A DNA stretch of 63,996 nt, filler included. It is 5 parts of 5 records of this genome, joined end to end, with 100 filler letters (N's around TTAATTAATTAA, not from the genome) between each part and the next. Parts side by side here need not be neighbours in the genome. Positions count along the whole stretch, not along the records: positions 52,656 to 63,996 come from DRR378314_1460; 4 more parts are not named here. One strand, written 5' to 3'. Under the pieces are notes generated by a model. The model was not told the DNA's origin. It searched no databases and saw only the letters and a list, made by a program, of their open reading frames with translations. Below are positions 61,101-63,996 of the stretch, piece by piece; the stretch's first letter is position 1, and every line of letters starts with the position of its first letter. Both the position numbers and the translations under genes were made by a program.

Positions 61101-63964
61101 ACTTTCGCTGTCCTCGTGCGCACCACTGCGGCTTTCCGTCGGCGAGCGACTGGACGCAGGCAGTGAGAAAGCCATGCTGCCGTCAGCGGCAGCCGTCGCA
61201 TTTGCCGCTCCATCGGCGTGTTCGTCCCTGCGCGCTGGCTCGGAAGGGTCCGTTCCCCTTCCCGTGTCAGTTCCATCGCACCGCGCTGCTAGGGCCTCGT
61301 TATCTCCATGGTGCTTTCCCAGTGGCGAAGGTGACGCTGAACGCTGCGACCGCTGCTTGCTTTGCTCCGCTCCTTGCCGACGTTGCGCACTCGCCGGCAG
61401 TGCGGAAGCTCCCGAAAAGCGTGCTGAATGGTACATAGACTGCGCAGCGTTGATTGGCTCTGGCAGATTCGGCACGTGCGCACGCTTCTCTTTCTGCGGC
61501 GTATGCAATCTTACATAGTGCGCAACTGCAAAGTCTTCATCGCTGTCGCTGCTACTTTTCGCAGCACCACGATAGCTATCACGATCCTTACGATGTTTGC
61601 GGCCAAGATCATCGCCGGTATTTTTCCTGCGGCGATTCGCTCGTTGCCGCCGCGCATGGCGGTTCGCGCGCGGCGGTTCGCGGCGCGGAAGCGCTGGCAC
61701 CGCGGACACCCATGCGGGGTGATGCTCAGCGATCCATCCTTCGATACGCGCTTCTTCCTCGCGAATGGCACTATCGTGCCAGATCGCTAGGTCCTCCGGT
61801 GAGAGCTCAGGGGCAGTTCCCGTTGGTGCAAGCTCTGGTCGAGTTTGCTTCAGCGCGTCGTTTTCCCCTATTTCGTAGGAGGGGTCCACGACGCGGCCAG
61901 CGAGGATCAATTTACGATACAGGTTGGCGCACTGGTAGCCGACGCGCGACGGGATGCGCATACTGAACACACCCCACTGCTCACCAATGGCCCACCCCCG
62001 CCGGCGAAACTCGTGATACCGATCCCACCATAGCGCTTCTTCCTCTGGCGACCATTCGCCGTTGGCCTGCTTCTGGTCAAGGTCGGTAAACCTGTAGTAA
62101 AACGCCTCCGGGCGAACGTGTCGCTCGCGCCACGCCTTGAGACGCGCAGTGGACCACCGCTTCACCTGGTCCTCTGAAAACGGGGTATCAATGCGGCGCA
62201 TCCGAATGGAGCGATGGCGCTCCCGTGTTGTAGCGCCATCGTCAAACGCATCTTCCGAATCGGAAGAAAGAACGGTAGCCCTGGCAGGAGCGCGATAGTG
62301 TCCATGGCCGCCTTCCGATGTGGAGCCCGCGCTGCTCGAGGACGAATCGTCAATGGCATGGCGCTCCCCGGCAGCAGATTCTCGCTCAGGAGGATCAAGA
62401 AGGCGTTGGCGTACATCAAGTCCGAGCTGACGACGCTCTCCTCCTGTTGTGCCGAGGACGTCTACGCGAGAAGGCGACGCGGAATCCACAGCGGCAGGCG
62501 CGAGAGCTCCCACGTCTTCGCCTGCACGTCCGACGCTTGCGCGACTTTCCCGCTCGTGTCCCTGCGGCGGGTCGCGAGCGCTGGGACGCTGAAAAGAAGC
62601 AGAAGTGGATGGCCTGCCAGCTTCAACGTCTCTGTCCAAGTTTTTCTCATTTGGTGTATCGATTTCGTTCGCCGTCCGGCAACTTTGCGAAAGAAAGTGA
62701 CGCAGCGAGCGGTTGTGGCTCCGGAGTGATGCACGCACCCCTGCGGAAGTGGTTGCCGGCAGGGCTCCCACGTACGAGGCGTCACTGTCGTGAAAAATAA
62801 AATCAGTGCGCCGCTTCAAGCGCCGACTTCGCCCAGCTTCGTGCCCATGCAATGCAATGTTTCGCAGGACGGCGCGGCGATGAACCCGGAGAAAGTCGGG
62901 AAGTGCCAGGCCTTGGGTGCGCTGCAGCCAGCGCGCACGTGTGTGTTCCATGGATCGCAGAAACGCCGAGGAGTGAAGTGCTTCGTACACCTCGACAGCA
63001 CCTCTGCCATTCCTTCCTTCGATTTCTCGATCCATATTTCTACCGGATACCTCTCCTGGAGGCATGGTCGATGAGCAGGGAAGTGGAGGCGAAGGTACGT
63101 GGGCGTGCGACACTTGCCAGTCGGCAAAGCTCTGCACAGCGGTTCGGCCGCCGAGATCCTGTCCTTCCGCACCGTGTGCGGCAGAGCTTGTCGCTGACGT
63201 CGAGCGATCGCGTCCAACGCCGGCCAGCGGTTTCTCGGCATTATCCTCGCGTGCACTAGCTGGCAGCTCGATATCGCTGCACTTGACGTGCTCCGGAAAA
63301 TGATCTCGCGCGGCGTCGGAAAGCGCACGCCCAGCACCGGACTCGGGAAGCTGGTGCGGAGGAGAGCAGCTGGCGGGAAACGCAACCTGCCCTCCGTCGG
63401 GGGAAGCATCGCCGGCGCCGCCCTCTGCATCTTCCGGCTCCGCGGCCTCGGCCTCACTTGATGGTCTGCCTTTGTTCTCTCGCGCGTGCACAAGTACATC
63501 ATCATCCTGCGAGTCTGCAACACTTCCAGAAAGCGCCTCGAGATCGTCACTGGCTTGCCCAAGCGATGCGGACCGCGCGTGCGCGAGTAAGGCCCTGTCG
63601 GCGGCTGGCGAATCGCCGCGCCCGGCTGCAGGCGGAGGCGTGCGATCGCAAACGGGCAAGTCTTCCTCTCCGTACCAGGGAGGTGAACTGCCACCCTGCA
63701 GCGCTGATCCTTCTCGACAAAGACTTTCATTATTCGAGGAGGCTCGCGTGGGCGAGCTCGCGCTCCCCGCGCGTGCTACGTCGCCAACAAGGTCGGCACG
63801 TCCAACCGGCGACGTGGTGGCTCGGTTCTCGCGCACCGCACCGGCAAACCTAAGCGGCTTGTCAGAAAGCGGCCGCGCCAGGAATAAGCTGCGTGAGCGG
63901 CTCATTTGCGTCCCAGCTGGCGCGTATTCTCCCAGACTGTTCCAAGATAAAGCCCGTATTTTCA
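55170..63964 (-). CDS. Large protein with a Myb/SANT-like domain and a Mus7/MMS22-like helical region; 5' exon(s) lie outside the window
   Basis: 8.8-kb open exon preceded by acceptor ttttaccag (63973-63965). Myb-like block at ~61870-62210: WSTARLKAW..AFYYRF..GEWSPEEEAL..WGVFSMRIPSRVGYQCANLYRKL. Mus7/Mms22-like motifs: ERFFDLLA, YRARI..RRCTHLCNAW, CGRTSWRNILHKYGPQSSW. The CDS is well supported but the family call is moderate. Confidence 0.65.
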
Positions 63965-63996
63965 CTGGTAAAATTTATATCATTGCAGCTTATCGC

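Noticed and set aside
22837-63964. A DNA replication/repair gene cluster (SHPRH, POLE2, MMS22-like)
   Set aside because: The genes lie on different contigs joined artificially, so linkage is not shown.
1-63996. Non-standard genetic code, RNA genes or transposons
   Set aside because: The well-supported gene models close with the standard code and GT-AG introns, and TAA, TAG and TGA all act as stops. I recognised no tRNA, rRNA, transposase or terminal-repeat structure by eye.

Overview
Eukaryotic, GC-rich, intron-containing DNA, probably from a protist. It is five separate contigs (1-6729, 6830-38797, 38898-44127, 44228-52555, 52656-63996) joined by identical artificial 100-bp spacers (N44-TTAATTAATTAA-N44). 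Most short ORFs in the supplied track are exon fragments or antisense shadows, so I rebuilt gene models by hand from GT-AG junctions with phase checks. About 15 genes result: a giant single-pass membrane/coiled-coil protein, an SPX-alkaline-phosphatase-superfamily fusion, a cyclic-nucleotide-gated K+ channel, an AAAP amino acid transporter, VPS55, SHPRH, an At4g15545-like protein, a Y(N/D)I(I/V)-motif protein, an SCP2/PTS1 terminal exon, POLE2, FCF2, FAM32A, a MORN1-like protein, a Myb-like/Mus7-MMS22 protein and two disordered unknowns. The most interesting item is the phase-consistent fusion of an intact SPX inositol-pyrophosphate sensor domain to a catalytically intact, bacterial-looking phosphodiesterase/nucleotide pyrophosphatase domain (6991-11317, minus strand). 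All family calls come from motif recognition, not database searches.
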